Origin: Octopus sinensis
Taxonomy: Eukaryota
Assembly: GCF_006345805.1 (NCBI RefSeq)
Contig: NC_043000.1
Location: forward strand, 25,730,001 to 25,794,000
Direction of reading: 5' to 3'
Length of the DNA stretch: 64,000 nucleotides
Below the pieces are notes generated by a model. It saw only the letters and a list, made by a program, of their open reading frames with translations, did no database searches and was not told the DNA's origin. Shown one piece after another: positions 26,150 through 39,055 of this stretch; positions within the stretch are counted from its first letter, which is position 1, and the number at the start of each line of letters is the position of its first letter. A program made the translations under genes and the position numbers.

Positions 26150-26660
26150 ATTGTTCACTCGTCGTTGGCATCAAGGATGTAATATTGAGTTCTTGGCTTT
26201 TTGAGATTGTAGTTTTGGCCAATGCCAGTGTCGCATAACTGGCCCTTTAAAATCACCCTTCAGTTGTTGGGCGACATGCTGTGCTTGTGAAGCCCTGTCG
26301 AATCGAGTGAAATCGTAGCCAGTAGTATGTAAAAAGCACCATTTGAGAGCGTTGGGCCTCATGAAGGCAAACAGGTGACCAAGACCTTTGGCTATATACT
26401 GTGCTTGTGTTGACCTGTCAAGCTAAGTGAGACCATAGTCGTGGTCAATGCCAGTATCAGGTCAATGGCACTCGTGCCAGTGGCACATAAAAGCACCCAC
26501 TACACTCTCGGAGTGGTTGGCATTAGGAAGGGCACCTAGCTGTAGAAACCTTGCCAAATCAGATTGGAGCCTGGTGCTGCCTCTTAGCTTGCCAGTCTTC
26601 AGTCAAACCGGCCAACCCATGCCAGCATGGAAAACGGACGTTAAACGATGATGATGATGG
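26150..26660 (+). mobile_element. RTE 3'-UTR relic
   Basis: Shared block ..aggaagggca..ccatgccagcatgg..cgttaaacgatgatgatg. Confidence 0.7.
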
Positions 26661-26820
26661 TGGTGGTGGTGTGGTGGTGGTGGTGGTGGTGGTGGTGGTG
26701 GTGGTGGAGGCGGTGGTGATAATAATGATGATGATGATGATGGTGGTGGTGGAGCTGGTGGTGCTGGTGGTGCTGGTGCTGGTGCTGGTGATGATGATGA
26801 GGATGATGATGATGAGGATG
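26645..26820. repeat. Compound (GAT)n/(GGT)n trinucleotide tract
   Basis: Direct reading. Confidence 0.9.
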
Positions 26821-27274
26821 TCGCAGTGCAACTTTACATTCTCACTAATTACACTGAAATGTGTTGTGATCGAGATAATTGCACCAGAAATCCTTGTTTC
26901 TTCACCCATCTGTTCAGCACATTTGAGAATGCATGGCCAAGTGGTTCAAGTGTTGCACTCACGATTGCAAGACCATGGTTTCGATTCCTGGACCATGCAG
27001 TGCATTGTGTCCTTGAGCAAAACACTTTGTTTCACTTTGCTCTCCATTCACTTCCACATCTGACATGTGGCACACGGTGTACTTGTGCAGACAATGTTGA
27101 GATTTGATGGATGGGGGGGGGAGCTAAAAATACCAGATAGGCATTTGATCATTATAAACAGATCATGTGTTCAGGTTGTTCAACCAGGTCACTGACAACA
27201 AGAGAATCCATCACATTTGAAATTATAACACAAAGACCAATAGCCATCCATCATGTTTAAATAAAGGAATATTT

Positions 27275-28072
27275 TTAACCCTTTACCATTCAGATTTCTT
27301 TATTAAATGTAATCCATGTTTATTCACCTTGTTTGGAACTAATCGTGAATTATCTTGTAGCTTTGAAACTTCGAAGATATCATTTTTTTATTCAGTTATC
27401 CCAAAAGTTTGTGCTAATTTATAGTAGCTTACCTTTCGACTTATTTTAGAACGTAGTTGAGTCCATAAAATAGGATTTGACTACACATCCATTTAGAGCA
27501 CAGTTTAAGCTATCTTTTCGTGGAAGGTGGTCTATGTTCTTATAATCTGTGTTAATTTTGTAACGCTTTAAAATGGAAGATAAGAAAGTTCATTTTTGGC
27601 AGTTGATGCTTTGGGAACCAGACAAAAATTGCTGCAGCTCAGCTGAGATGTGTTACCCCGCCATCCATATTCACCAGATATTGCTCCTTCAGATTTCCAC
27701 TTATTCAGGTCTCTGCAGAATAGTCTTAATGGTAAAAATTTCGATTCCTTGGGTGACGTAGCAAGATACCTTGATGAATTATTTGCTATGAAACCACCTC
27801 AATACTGGGAAGAGGGTATTTTCAAGTTAAAGGAAAGCTGGAGACGCATTGTGCAACAAAATGGTTCATATTTGGTTGATTAAGAATGTAATGGAATCCA
27901 TATTTATTGACCTTTTTTTTTCCTTTAAAAATCGGCACGAACTTTCCGGACAACCCAATATTTTTAGCATGATACTGTAGGTCATGTGTGAAAGGCCAGA
28001 TCTGGCCTTTGAACATTAAAACAGGTTGAATATTTGTGTTGGATATGACTGGTTTAAATACTAAATAGTTAA
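27275..28072. mobile_element. TTAA-ccct MITE interrupted by a mariner fragment
   Basis: ttaaccctttacc start; 3' part aggccagatctggcc..gaatattt..gttaa matches the element around 42150-42625. Confidence 0.65.
27540..27960 (+). mobile_element. Mariner relic nested in a MITE
   Basis: HPYSPDIAPSDFHLFRSLQNSLNGKNF..GSYLVD*, followed by a ttccggacaacccaata end. Confidence 0.8.
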
Positions 28073-28848
28073 AACTATGCTATGCTGTACTACGAAATAT
28101 ACAGTACGGTTAGATATCACTTATGAATGAGTATGACCCAGAAGCATGCACTATGCTTTTGCTAATTGTTTTAGGGACCTAAATAATTATAAGCAGATGT
28201 TGACATCCCTTCTTGGCACCCACCACTCACTTTTGATCGGTAGATCACTCAGGCTTGGACAGCTAGATGGAAGATAGGAAGAAGGGCAAGCTAACCCAGC
28301 AATTGACTGATACTTACTTTAGTGGAGCAGAGTGAAGCAACATGAAATAAGATAACATACTGTCAGATCCACAAATTGAACTCACAGTTTAATACCCTTA
28401 TCTGGTTCCCGGGGGGCTTTCAGCAGAACCCACTTTGTTCTAATCTTTCAAGCCTGTTCACTGATTTGAGAAACTAGAAACACATTAATTGCAAGTTGAC
28501 AGCTGTGAGCCATGTTTGGATGCTGGTTGTCAACCCGCAAGTGCTGAAGGGGAAAATCAACCATATTGATCTGACTGTTCTTGAAAGGTCTATGACAGCC
28601 ATGGGCCATATGGGTCCAACTTGTTTCTACAAAGCAAAACATTTACAAAAGAAAGCATAAAAATGTAGTTTGTTGCATGATATTCCCGAAAAAAAAAAAA
28701 ACAAGGCAGGATGGTCATGGGTGAAACATCTTCGATCATAGGACTGCTCAATCAGGCCTGGATTGGGGCTAAACAACAAAAATAAACAAACACTTTGAAA
28801 GATTATGAACTGCTGTTGTTTATATTTCTGTCTTTTCTTTGTTTGTAG

Positions 28849-28930
28849 TTTGGTCTATGGCGCTGCAATACTGGATATGGTGTGTACACCGATAACCATA
28901 TTTCTCAGAGACATTCCAGGAAAGAAAAAG
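28849..28930 (+). CDS. SLC18A2-like: SLC18A-like exon 14/15 (TM12)
   Basis: tttgtag|..AAA AAG|gtgagt; LVYGAAILDMVCTPITIFLRDIPGKKK, 82 nt. Confidence 0.92.
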
Positions 28931-28985
28931 GTGAGTTCAAGATGACTTGCTTCATTTATTTACATTGTTGTTGTTGTTGTTACTA

Positions 28986-28999
<14 letters not shown>

Positions 29000-29016
<17 letters not shown>

Positions 29017-29693
29017 CATCATCATTCAGTAGTTTTATTTTTATATCGTGCTTTCACTTCACTGCCGAGCACAGCTCTGTGTGCCTTGGGTATGTGCTGT
29101 GATTTGTTGTGATGTTCTGATGGTTACTGTATGGAAAGTGTTCTGTGTAGGATGTGTGCAGTGCCTAGTAGTGCAATTTTCTGTATGTTATATGTGTTTG
29201 TAAGTCCTGGTGTTTTGTTTATGTATTTGTCTGGATATTTTTTTATCATGCCTAATGCACCTACTATGATAGGAATTGTTTCTGCTTTTAGATTCCACAT
29301 TCTAGTTACCTCTATTTCCAGGTCTTTGTATTTTGAAAGTTTCTCCATTTCTTTTAGAGACACGTTTTCATCAGCTGGTATTGATACATCAATTAGAAAG
29401 CATTTTTTTTCTTCATGATCTCTGACAACTATATCTGGTCTGTTGGCCTTAATTTCTCTATCTGTGTGTATTGGTATATCCCAGAGTATGGTTGCTTTCT
29501 CGTTTTCTGTGACCTTTTCTGGTGTGTGTCTATACCATCTTTTTTCTGTTGTTATTCCATAATGTTGGCATAGCTTCCAGTGTATGTAGCTCCCAACTCA
29601 GTCGTGTCTGTGAATATATTCCTTCTTAGCCAGGACTGGGCTATAATGATATTATAATAATAATAATAATAATAATAATATAATAATAATAAT

Positions 29694-29700
<7 letters not shown>
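29000..29700 (-). mobile_element. 5'-truncated RLE-endonuclease LINE (Dong/R4-like), copy 1
   Basis: HRHD*VGSYIHWKLC..ILWDIPIHTD..NRPDI..IDVS..KEMEKLSKYKDL..PIIVGALG..LLGTAHIL; (TGA)n(TAA)n tail. Confidence 0.85.
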
Positions 29701-29707
<7 letters not shown>

Positions 29708-29724
<17 letters not shown>

Positions 29725-30359
29725 CATCATCATTCAGTAGTTTTATTTTTATATCGTGCTTTCACTTCACTGCCGAGCACAGCTCTGTGTGCCTTGGGTA
29801 TGTGCTGTGATTTGTTGTGATGTTCTGATGGTTATTGTATGGAAAGTGTTCTGTGTAGGATGTGTGCAGTGCCTAGTAGTGCAATTTTCTGTATGTTATA
29901 TGTGTTTATAAGTCCTGGTGTTTTGTTTATGTATTTGTCTGGATATTTTTTTATCATGCCTAATGCACCTACTATGATAGGAATTGTTTCTGCTTTTAGA
30001 TTCCACATTCTAGTTACCTCTATTTCCAGGTCTTTGTATTTTGAAAGTTTCTCCATTTCTTTTAGAGACACGTTGTCATCAGCTGGTATTGATACATCAA
30101 TTAGAAAGCATTTTTTTCTTCATGATCTCTGACAACTATATCTGGTCTGTTGGCCTTAATTTCTCTATCTGTGTGTATTGGTATATCCCAGAGTATGGTT
30201 GCTTTCTCGTTTTCTGTGACCTTTTCTGGTGTGTGTCTATACCATCTTTTTTCTGTTGTTATTCCATAATGTTGGCATAGCTTCCAGTGTATGTAGCTCC
30301 CAACTCAGTCGTGTCTGTGAATATATTCCTTCTTAGCCAGGACTGGGCTATAATGATAT

Positions 30360-30405
<46 letters not shown>
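29708..30405 (-). mobile_element. Same LINE fragment, tandem copy 2 (period 708 bp)
   Basis: Differs from copy 1 by 3 substitutions and one T in a homopolymer that frameshifts it. Confidence 0.85.
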
Positions 30406-30434
<29 letters not shown>

Positions 30435-30616
30435 GAATGAGAGAGCAGTGCATTGGGGTAAAATATACCTGTCTGATAAGGGTACACCAGGCACATGCAT
30501 CACAACAACTACATGTGTGTGACATGGGTATCACATGTCAAGATAAGCAGTTCATGACCACACACACACACACACACACACATACATACACACACATACA
30601 CACACATACACACACA

Positions 30617-30647
<31 letters not shown>

Positions 30648-31419
30648 TACATACATGCATTGCATAGCACAGGCATGGTTGTGTGGTTGTGAAGTTTGCT
30701 TCCCAACCCTGTGGCTTCAAGTTCAGTCTCACTCCATAGCACCTTGAGCAAATATCAGCTAATGTAGACCTGAGACAAGCAAGAACTTTTCAGTGGATTT
30801 GGTAGACAGTAACTGAACAATACACACACACACACACACACACATTTATACATACATGTACATCATCATCATCATCATCATCATCGTTTAGCGTCCGTTT
30901 TCCATGCTAGCATGGGTTGGACGGTTCTACTGGGGTCTGTGAAGCCAGAAGGCTTCATCAGGCCCAGTCAAATCTGGCAGTGTTTCTACGGCTGGATGCC
31001 CTTCCTATATATATACATATGCATATATATATATAAATATGTATGTATATATGTATTTATGTATGTCTTCCATTTTTTTAATATTATAAATCTTCCACTG
31101 AGGAGGTAGCTGGTTTCCAACAAAGATACACGGTTTCATCTTTGGGAGACAAATTCACATTTGGAACTTGAGAAAGTCTTGCATATTTTTACTGTTCCAC
31201 TCACAGATTGCACTTGTAATGTACAAATTAGCTGATCGATTTCTCTTTCTGAAAGTATGTCTGTATTTTTCTATGTATGGGGCTGCTTTTCTATCTACTG
31301 AAGTCACTCACAAGACATTATTTGGCTGTGGGTTGTAGCCATGTGCCTTTGAGTCTAAACTCAAAAGCACATGGCTGAGAAATGAACTTTTCAAACATTA
31401 TGTGCTATGACTGCACAAC

Positions 31420-31462
<43 letters not shown>

Positions 31463-31465
<3 letters not shown>

Positions 31466-31680
31466 GAGTGTGAGGCAAAAAGTAATGCCATTTTGTTTAG
31501 GACAGGTAAAATATACCAACGCAGGAACATGTATCATGCATCAAAATGAAGCTGGTCCTCTGTGGATCGCATCCCTACTTCTCAACATTGTCACCGTTTC
31601 TCTCAATAGCAATGTTCCATATGAACACTTGTTTAGAGCTCCATGGCCAACACTTTGAACATTTGTAATGGATTACCTAC
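31463..31680 (-). mobile_element. Mariner 3'-end relic, same family as 17760-18075
   Basis: Reverse-complement similarity to 17930-18075. Confidence 0.65.
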
Positions 31681-31744
31681 TTCATTGCTAATAAAGCATA
31701 CTTGATATCTCCCTTGGTGCGTGACATCGTGGCCACCCTGTTGA

Positions 31745-31925
31745 TATCTATTAGCACTATCATCATTTTTGTTATCATTATTGTTATCATTATTGTTATA
31801 TCATATTATCATTATTGCTATCATTATTATTATCATTATTGTTACCATTATTGTTGTTATATTGTTATCATCGTCATTGTCATCATCATTGTTGTTGTCA
31901 TCGTTATTGTTGTTATTATTTCAGT
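31745..31925. repeat. Degenerate (ATT/ATC/GTT)n tract just upstream of the last SLC18A-like exon
   Basis: Direct reading. Confidence 0.85.
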
Positions 31926-31950
31926 GATTATGTCATTTTCTTTTAACCAG

Positions 31951-32016
31951 ATCGACAACGAAAAGGCTCCATTATTGAAGGACAACGACAGTTCAGCAGG
32001 AAATCCCTCAGCATAA
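31951..32016 (+). CDS. SLC18A2-like: SLC18A-like exon 15/15 (C-terminal tail, stop)
   Basis: ttttaaccag|ATC..GCA TAA; IDNEKAPLLKDNDSSAGNPSA*, phase 0, contains [DE]xxxLL. Confidence 0.85.
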   Translation: MDNEKAPLLKDNDSSAGNPSA

Positions 32017-32385
32017 TCTTGTGAATGCTAATAATTCTTCAAATACAGCATTTGGACCTTATATGGCAACAGAAACAAAAAAATTATGACATTATTCCAA
32101 AGACTCAAATTTTGTCTTTTGTAAATTTGAAAGAATGAAACATTCCCGATGATTGCTTAATTAATATTCTTTAATAAAGAAAATCAAGGATTTGTATATA
32201 GTAACATGTAATTTTACAACATGCCACAATCATATTCTTGAAACTGAATCTGTATACTTTCACAACATTCCTATAAACTTTGAAGAAACTTGCAAAGACA
32301 AATTCTTCTGCTGTGATAGTATTTGGCTCAAGGAACAAGTTAATTATTGGAAAGTAAAAGAACATTGAAGAGAACAAGATGGTAA

Positions 32386-32838
32386 ACCCTTTTGATGCCA
32401 ACCTGCTTGAGACTGTACCTGATTCTAATGACGGAAACTTCCTGTTTCAATCCTTTTGGTACCAAGTTGCACAAGATCACCTCGGATTATATGATACAAA
32501 CTTCTTGTTTAAAAGTGATCAAAGAACCTTCCATCGAAATTTCATCCTTATTTAAGTTCCAAACACCAGCATAATAATAGCAAAGCTATTTTATCAAATT
32601 CTTTGTTATTTTCAAAATTAATTGAAATAAAAGAATTGTATTTTAGCAGGAAAATGGTAATAAAGGGGTTAAATGATCTAATCTAAAATCTTCCATCAAA
32701 ATTTCATATTAAAATATGTTCCAAATACCAGCTTAATAATGACAATGTTATTTTTGTAAATTCTTCACTGTTTTGAAAATTATTTGGAACAAAGGCAGTA
32801 TATTTCATTAGAAATATGGTAACGAAAGGGCTAAATCC
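32386..32838. mobile_element. TTAA-ccct MITE-derived sequence with duplicated 3' half
   Basis: aaccctttt start; two related 3' halves ending aaggggttaa and aaagggctaa; similar to 57956-58175. Confidence 0.55.
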
Positions 32839-34418
32839 ATTGTTTTTTTGTCTGTGAAGTGTCTTCACTATTGTGAAGTTGTTTGAGTGGACAAATGTTA
32901 TTGTTGGCCCTGCCATGGCAGCAGTAATTCCAGACATTATTATCAATGCAATACTCCTCCCTATTTTCCACTTTGATTTTTACTTTAATATCATCATTTC
33001 TTAACTTTTAAATCTTGGATGAATTTTTACTTTTTATTCTACCAAAAATGGTTAAAGCATTGAAATAAGCTTTTCAAGTCAGAGTTTCATCTTCACAATC
33101 TGATCCAGGAAACTGAAATGTTGTCGAGTTCATCCATTTTGAGAAGATATCGAAATAAATCCAACCATAGCTACCTATTTGATCACAAACATCACAATTA
33201 AAATATGGCAGTTTGCTATGCAAAATCCCTAAACGTGTTTTATTTTTTGATTGTAAGAAAAGGGACATTTTTTCCCCCCAATTTGCATCTTATTTGAGTG
33301 ATTTCAAAAAAATACATGTGTGGTAAAGAAATAAAATGGAATGCTGATAATAAAAATGTACAAAGATGGGTTATTATAAGAATTAAGAAACATTGAAAGA
33401 ACGTGAAATAATTTGTTTTTAATGAACTCCAAGTAGATAAAACTATAAATGAAAACCTATAAATATTTTTCAGTCCAAAGGGATATTTTTAAACCAATAT
33501 TTATACATTATTATTTATAGCTGTATCTGCTTCAAGTTCAACCATTAAAAATGATTTTATTTCACAAAGATGAGAAATAAAATTTTAAATAATTTTTGCT
33601 TTTCCTTCCAAAAATTGTATAAACGTTTTCCATACTTTCTGCCAAATCGATTCTGAAATGAAGATATTTATCAAAGAACAAACTCAATGTCGACAAATAT
33701 TTTATAAAGTCAAACGAAATTTCATCTAAATTAAATTTATACAACATAAAAGTTTTCAATTAACACATTTGTTAGTGTTGATATTGTTCATATTTTTAAA
33801 CTATTTCAAAATAAAACGAAAGAAATTTCAAACAAATTTATTTTCTTAATATTTTGCAAGTATTTATATGAATGCACCAACACCGACATCACCACTTCCT
33901 ACAACAAAAACAACAGCAACATCAGTGAGTTTCTCAACTTAATGTGGGGGCAAAAACAATGTTAAAACCTGCCTTGTGGTATGACATTAATAAACTACAG
34001 CTAATGCATAAAGAAACATGGTTACTTCATGATTCTCCAGCATTTAATATCTACGTTAAGACTCATTCCTCTTTAGGGCACCAATAAAAACACTATTAAT
34101 AAATTGTTAACGTTTTAAGTTGAGTTTTATTTGGAATCTATAATGAATATATAACTGCACAGACTAAGTCCATGGAGAGATTGTATACAACACTGTCGCA
34201 TGTATTTAATTCAGTTTAATTTACAGATGCAGTGTTGGGTGAAGTCTTCAATTTATTCTACAATACATCGTTACAGCGTCAAAACAAACCACTTCTTCAG
34301 GCATCAGGAAACTATTAATTGAAGTAGCTACTGAAAATGAATTATTTATGAAACCTCTGTTGTCATCAGCCTAGCAGAAATACAGCTCTTCACATGGCCT
34401 TCTTCTAGCTGTATACGT

Positions 34419-34457
<39 letters not shown>

Positions 34458-34491
34458 AATACATACATATATACTTACATACATAAATACG

Positions 34492-34655
34492 TACATTATT
34501 GGGGCCCTGGGATATGTAACACACTGCCTAAATACCAATCTTGAGAAATTAGGCTTCTCAAAACCAGAAAGGAGAAAGCTAATTCGAAGACTACAGATCC
34601 AATCCAGCACTGGAACTATAAAAATCTGTAAAACTTTCCAGAAGTTTACCATTTA
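34492..34655 (+). mobile_element. 3' end of a second RLE-type LINE
   Basis: IIGALGYVTHCLNTNLEKLGF..LQIQSSTGTIKICKTFQKF*. Confidence 0.65.
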
Positions 34656-35124
34656 AGTGTATTTGAGCATGTCAAGATATGCAAGTATATGCATGAGAAT
34701 ACATACATAAAACAAAACATATAAATCTGTACATATACATACATACAAACAAAAATACCCTGTTGTTGTTGTTGAAATTCCAATGAAGGAGCCTTAGATC
34801 TAGGTTAGGTACCAGCTCTTTCTCTATTGGCAAGAAATATTGAAATAAAACTGAATAATGACATACATACATATATACATCATGAGATAGTGGTTTCAAT
34901 TCCCAGACTGGCTACATGTTCTGTTCATTACACATCCTACCAGTGAACTCAGCTGTAAATAGCTAACCCTGTAAGGGACTAGCCTTCAGATCTAGATCAG
35001 GTGCAATATTGGCCTGCTTATCTATCCAGCAAGGTTACATCATTCAAAAACTAAACTGATGCAAAGTGCATTGTGACCAGCAATGTATAACAATATCTGA
35101 TAATCTGGTCGATCACATAATATA

Positions 35125-35392
35125 TATACATCTGTGCCGGTGACACGTAAAAAGCACCAACCGATTGTGACTGTTTGCCAGCCTCCTCTAGCCCCTGTAC
35201 CAGTGGCACATAAAAGGCACCCACTACACTCACAAAGTGGTTGGTGTTAGGAAGAGCATCCAGCTGTAGAAACACTGCCAGATCAGACTGGTGCCTGGTG
35301 CAGCCTCTTGGCTTCCTAGACCCCAGTCAAACCGTCCAACCCATGCTAGCATGGAAAACAGACGTTAAACGATGATGATGATGATGATGATG
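35125..35392 (+). mobile_element. RTE 3'-UTR relic
   Basis: Same 3' block and (GAT)n tail. Confidence 0.7.
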
Positions 35393-35395
35393 CTG

Positions 35396-36210
35396 GTCTG
35401 ATCAATAAGTATCCAGACTATTGCCACAGTAACAAAGCTAAAGCAAGTAGAATGGAGCTGCTTGGCACAGATTGACCTTGAACTCTGCCGTGCATGCACA
35501 TAAAGTTTTAGTGTTCTGGCTCACTTCTGCTGTTTACAGCAGTGCTTGAAAGGAAGGTGTGTAGCATGTTATCGTCACATTGACCATGACAGAGAAAGTT
35601 GAGCAGAGAATCTGCATCAAATTTTTCCCAAAGCTTGACAATACCTGCTCAGCGGTCTATGCAAAGTTTTCAAAAAGTTTTCATCATTCTCCACACAATC
35701 AAGGAAATTTTGTGCAACCCGAGTGTCTTCTTGGTCAGCTGAAAGCAGTTTTGGCACAAACTTGGCAGACACGTGTCTCATCTCCAAATTTTCAGTGATA
35801 ATGGACTGAACTGAACCAAAACTAATCTGCACATCCTCTGATAACTCTCAGATAGTGATTCAACAGTTTTCCCTCACAGCTGCACACACACCTGCGATGT
35901 TTTTTTTCAGTTCTGCTAGTTGTGGCTCTCCCAGAATGTTCGTCAATATCAACATTTTTTTTTTGCCATCTTGGAAACATCTGAACCACTCTTACACTTC
36001 TGCGTGGCTCATACACTCCTCTATGTACACTTTCTGCAACTTTGCATCGGCTTCAGAGCAGGTATCACCATGACAACTTTCTTTGTCATAGTCAATGCAA
36101 TGATCACATGCTACACACCTTCCTTCCAAGCACTGCTATAAACAGCGGAAGTGAGCTAGATTGTTAAAACTTAGTGGTATACACAACAGAGTTCAAGGAC
36201 AATCTGAAAT
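35396..36210. mobile_element. Two mariner 5' portions in opposite orientation
   Basis: MTEKVEQRICIKF on + (35586 onward). The matching 5' flank and HTH remnants (SAKFVPKLL) are on - (35660-36210). Confidence 0.7.
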
Positions 36211-37857
36211 TTTCCCAAGATACCTAATGAAGGCTGGACGGTATATCAGCCGAAATGTGTTAACAACAAACAAAACGAGGACAAATATCCATCAATTGTA
36301 AATAATGTAAATAATGTCTATATATATATATATATATATATACTGGCCCCCATGCCAGTGGAACATAAAAAGCACCCACTACACTCTTGGAGTTGTTGGT
36401 GTTAGGAAGGGCATCCAGCAGTAGAAACTCTGCCAAATCAAGACTGGAGCCTGGTGCAGCCATCTGGTTCGCCAGCCCTCAGTCAAAATCGTCCAACCCA
36501 TGCTAGCATGGAAAGCAGACGTTAAACAATGATGATGATAATGATGATATACACGGATTGTGCTCTTAGCACTCCACTGCCATGGGTATATATATATGTA
36601 TATATATATATGTACGTATGTATAGGTATATATACAAATACACAATAGGCTTTCCCCCTCTCAGTTTCCATCTACCAAATTTACTCAAGGCAGTTGGCCT
36701 GGGTCTATAGTATGAGATACAGCCATGTGGTTGCAAAGAAAGTTTCTTTACCACACAGGCATGCCTTAATATTGTAGATCTAGCCAACCCATTACAACAT
36801 AAACTGATTTATCCATTAATTAGTAACTAACGATTGTCATTGTTGTTGTTTAATCTCAAGTCAGTTCTGACAGAATAGACTTACAATAAAAGATCTTTTC
36901 GTTCATAACTATATTGTGTCCTTTCCTTTTTGTAAGACAGTAATGAGTGATTTAAGAGAATTTAACTGCTATTTCCAGCAGGACATTGTCAGGAATGGTG
37001 ACTTTGTTCACTTGAAGCAGTTAAAGGTATTTTCATGTTTCTTGTTTTGCTGCAAAATCTGCTCAGACAGAGCAGGTCCAATAATTAAAGACAATCCAGC
37101 TATGACCATCCTATCTACTCTTAAATGCATTATCTAATATGTCCTTCATCTGGGGCTGACCAAGGCTTTGTGAGTGAATTTGATAGATGGAAACTGGAAG
37201 AAGCTTCTCATGTGTGTGTGTTTGTGTTACTGCCTCCAGGTCTTGATATTGACAGCCAGGTGACCGTGTACCTCCTCTACAGCAAGACACCTGTTTCTGT
37301 CTCACTATAACCTTTCATCATCTGACACAAGATCACCTCCTCCAATGCCCATACCCTTCTCGAAAGAGTTTTTTGTCTTGCAAGGTACTTGGTGACCCTG
37401 CCAGTGTAGATGCCACTTAAAAAGCACCCAGTTCACACTGTAAAGTGGTTGGTGTTCAGAATGGCATTCAGCTGTAAAAACCTTGCCAAAACTGACCTTA
37501 CCTGTGCATGTGCCATGTAAAAAGCACTAAGTCCACTCTGCTGGGTTGGATGGTGTTAGAAAGGGCATCCAGCTGTAAAAATCCTGCCAAAACAGTCGTA
37601 GAACTCTGGTGCATGCTTCTGCCTGGCCAGCTCCTTTCAAACCGTCCCACCCATGCCAACATGGAAGGCAGATGTTAAACGATGATGATGATAATTGTAA
37701 ACGAGTGTCACCAGCATACAAGCAGTGTCATTCATTTCCATTCTTCCACAAAACATGTCCGGTCGCAGGGAAATATTACCTTGCTTAGAAACAGTTGATG
37801 GGTGATGACAAGACGGGCATCCAGCCACAGAAAATCCATCTCAACAAACTTCATCTG

Positions 37858-38340
37858 ACATCATCATCATCATCGGTACTAGCAACGACCTCGCTCGAAT
37901 CTTTTACACATGCCACCGGCACAGGTGTCAGTAAGGCGATGCTGGTAACTATTCCACTCGAATGGTGCCTTTTACATGCCACCGGCACGGAGGTCAGGTA
38001 GCCGCTCTGGCAACGATCACGCTCGGATGGTGCTCTTTGCACCCCACTAGCACAGATGCCAGTCATCGAATTTGATTTTGATTTCACTTGCCTCAACAGG
38101 TCTTTGCAAGCAGAGTTTTAGTGTCCAAAGAAGGAAAAGGTATGCATAAGTGGGTTGGTTACGCCCTTGGCATAGGCCATGAGGTTATGGTCTCATTTGG
38201 CTTGCCGGGTCTTCTCAAGCACAGCATATTTCCAAAAGTCTCAGTCACTAGTCATTTCCTTGGTGAGGCCTAAAGTTCGAAGGTCTTGCTTCACCACTTC
38301 ATCCCAGGTCTTCTTGGGTCTACCTCTTCCACAACAGACT
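37858..38340 (-). mobile_element. RTE LINE 3' fragment
   Basis: GRPKKTWDEVVKQDLRTLGL plus shared 3' UTR. Confidence 0.75.
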
Positions 38341-38525
38341 TCCACACAGTTTCCATCTATCAAATCCACTCATAAGGCTTTGCTCATCCTGGGACTGTGG
38401 CAGAAGACACTCTCCCAAAGCATGACACAGTGGGACTAAATCTGAAACTATATGTGGTCAAAAAGTGAATCTCTTAATCACACAACCTTTTCTGTGCCTA
38501 CAAACCAGGATTTGTTAATTAATAT

Positions 38526-38890
38526 AGGGGCAAGCATGGCTGTGTGGGAAGAGGCTTGCTTCCCAGCCACATGGTTCCAAGTTCAATCTCATTGCATGAC
38601 ACCTTTGGTCGACCAAAGCCTTGTGAGTAGATTTGGTAGATGGAAACTGGAAGAAGCCTGTCATATATGCATGTGCGTGTGTATGTGTGTGTGTTTGCGT
38701 TTGTCCCCCCACCATCGCTTGACAACTAATGTTGGTGTATTTACGTCTCCCCATAACTTAACACTTCAGCAAAAGAGACCAATAGAATAAGTACTAGGCT
38801 TACAAAGAATAAGTCCTGGGCTCAATTTGTTCGACTAACGGCGGTGCTCCAGCATGGCCGCAGTCAAATGACTGAAACAAGTAAAAGAAA
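38526..38890 (+). mobile_element. SINE family A
   Basis: Homologous to 15473-15885. Confidence 0.75.
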
Positions 38891-39055
38891 GTCCAACAGC
38901 TGTTCCAAATAATAGAATAGCAAAATAAACAAAAACAAAGATATATAAAAGTTGATGAAATGACTGAAGAGGGGAGAGCTTTCTTCTTCTAAATCGTAAG
39001 GGAGATAATTCTGGTAAGTTTTCTAAAAAGATTGTCAGTTCTGGGTATAGTGTTT

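Noticed and set aside
26551-27063. 170-aa ORF with poly-V/poly-M
   Set aside because: It runs through an RTE tail, a trinucleotide tract and a SINE fragment.
33074-33268. 64-aa minus-strand ORF in non-repeat DNA downstream of the transporter
   Set aside because: No recognisable homology or partner exons; it is most likely antisense to 3' UTR or intergenic sequence.
34227-34322. Possible alternative last exon after tttacag
   Set aside because: The phase-0 translation is featureless, and the KPLL-containing frame is out of phase with the 28930 donor.
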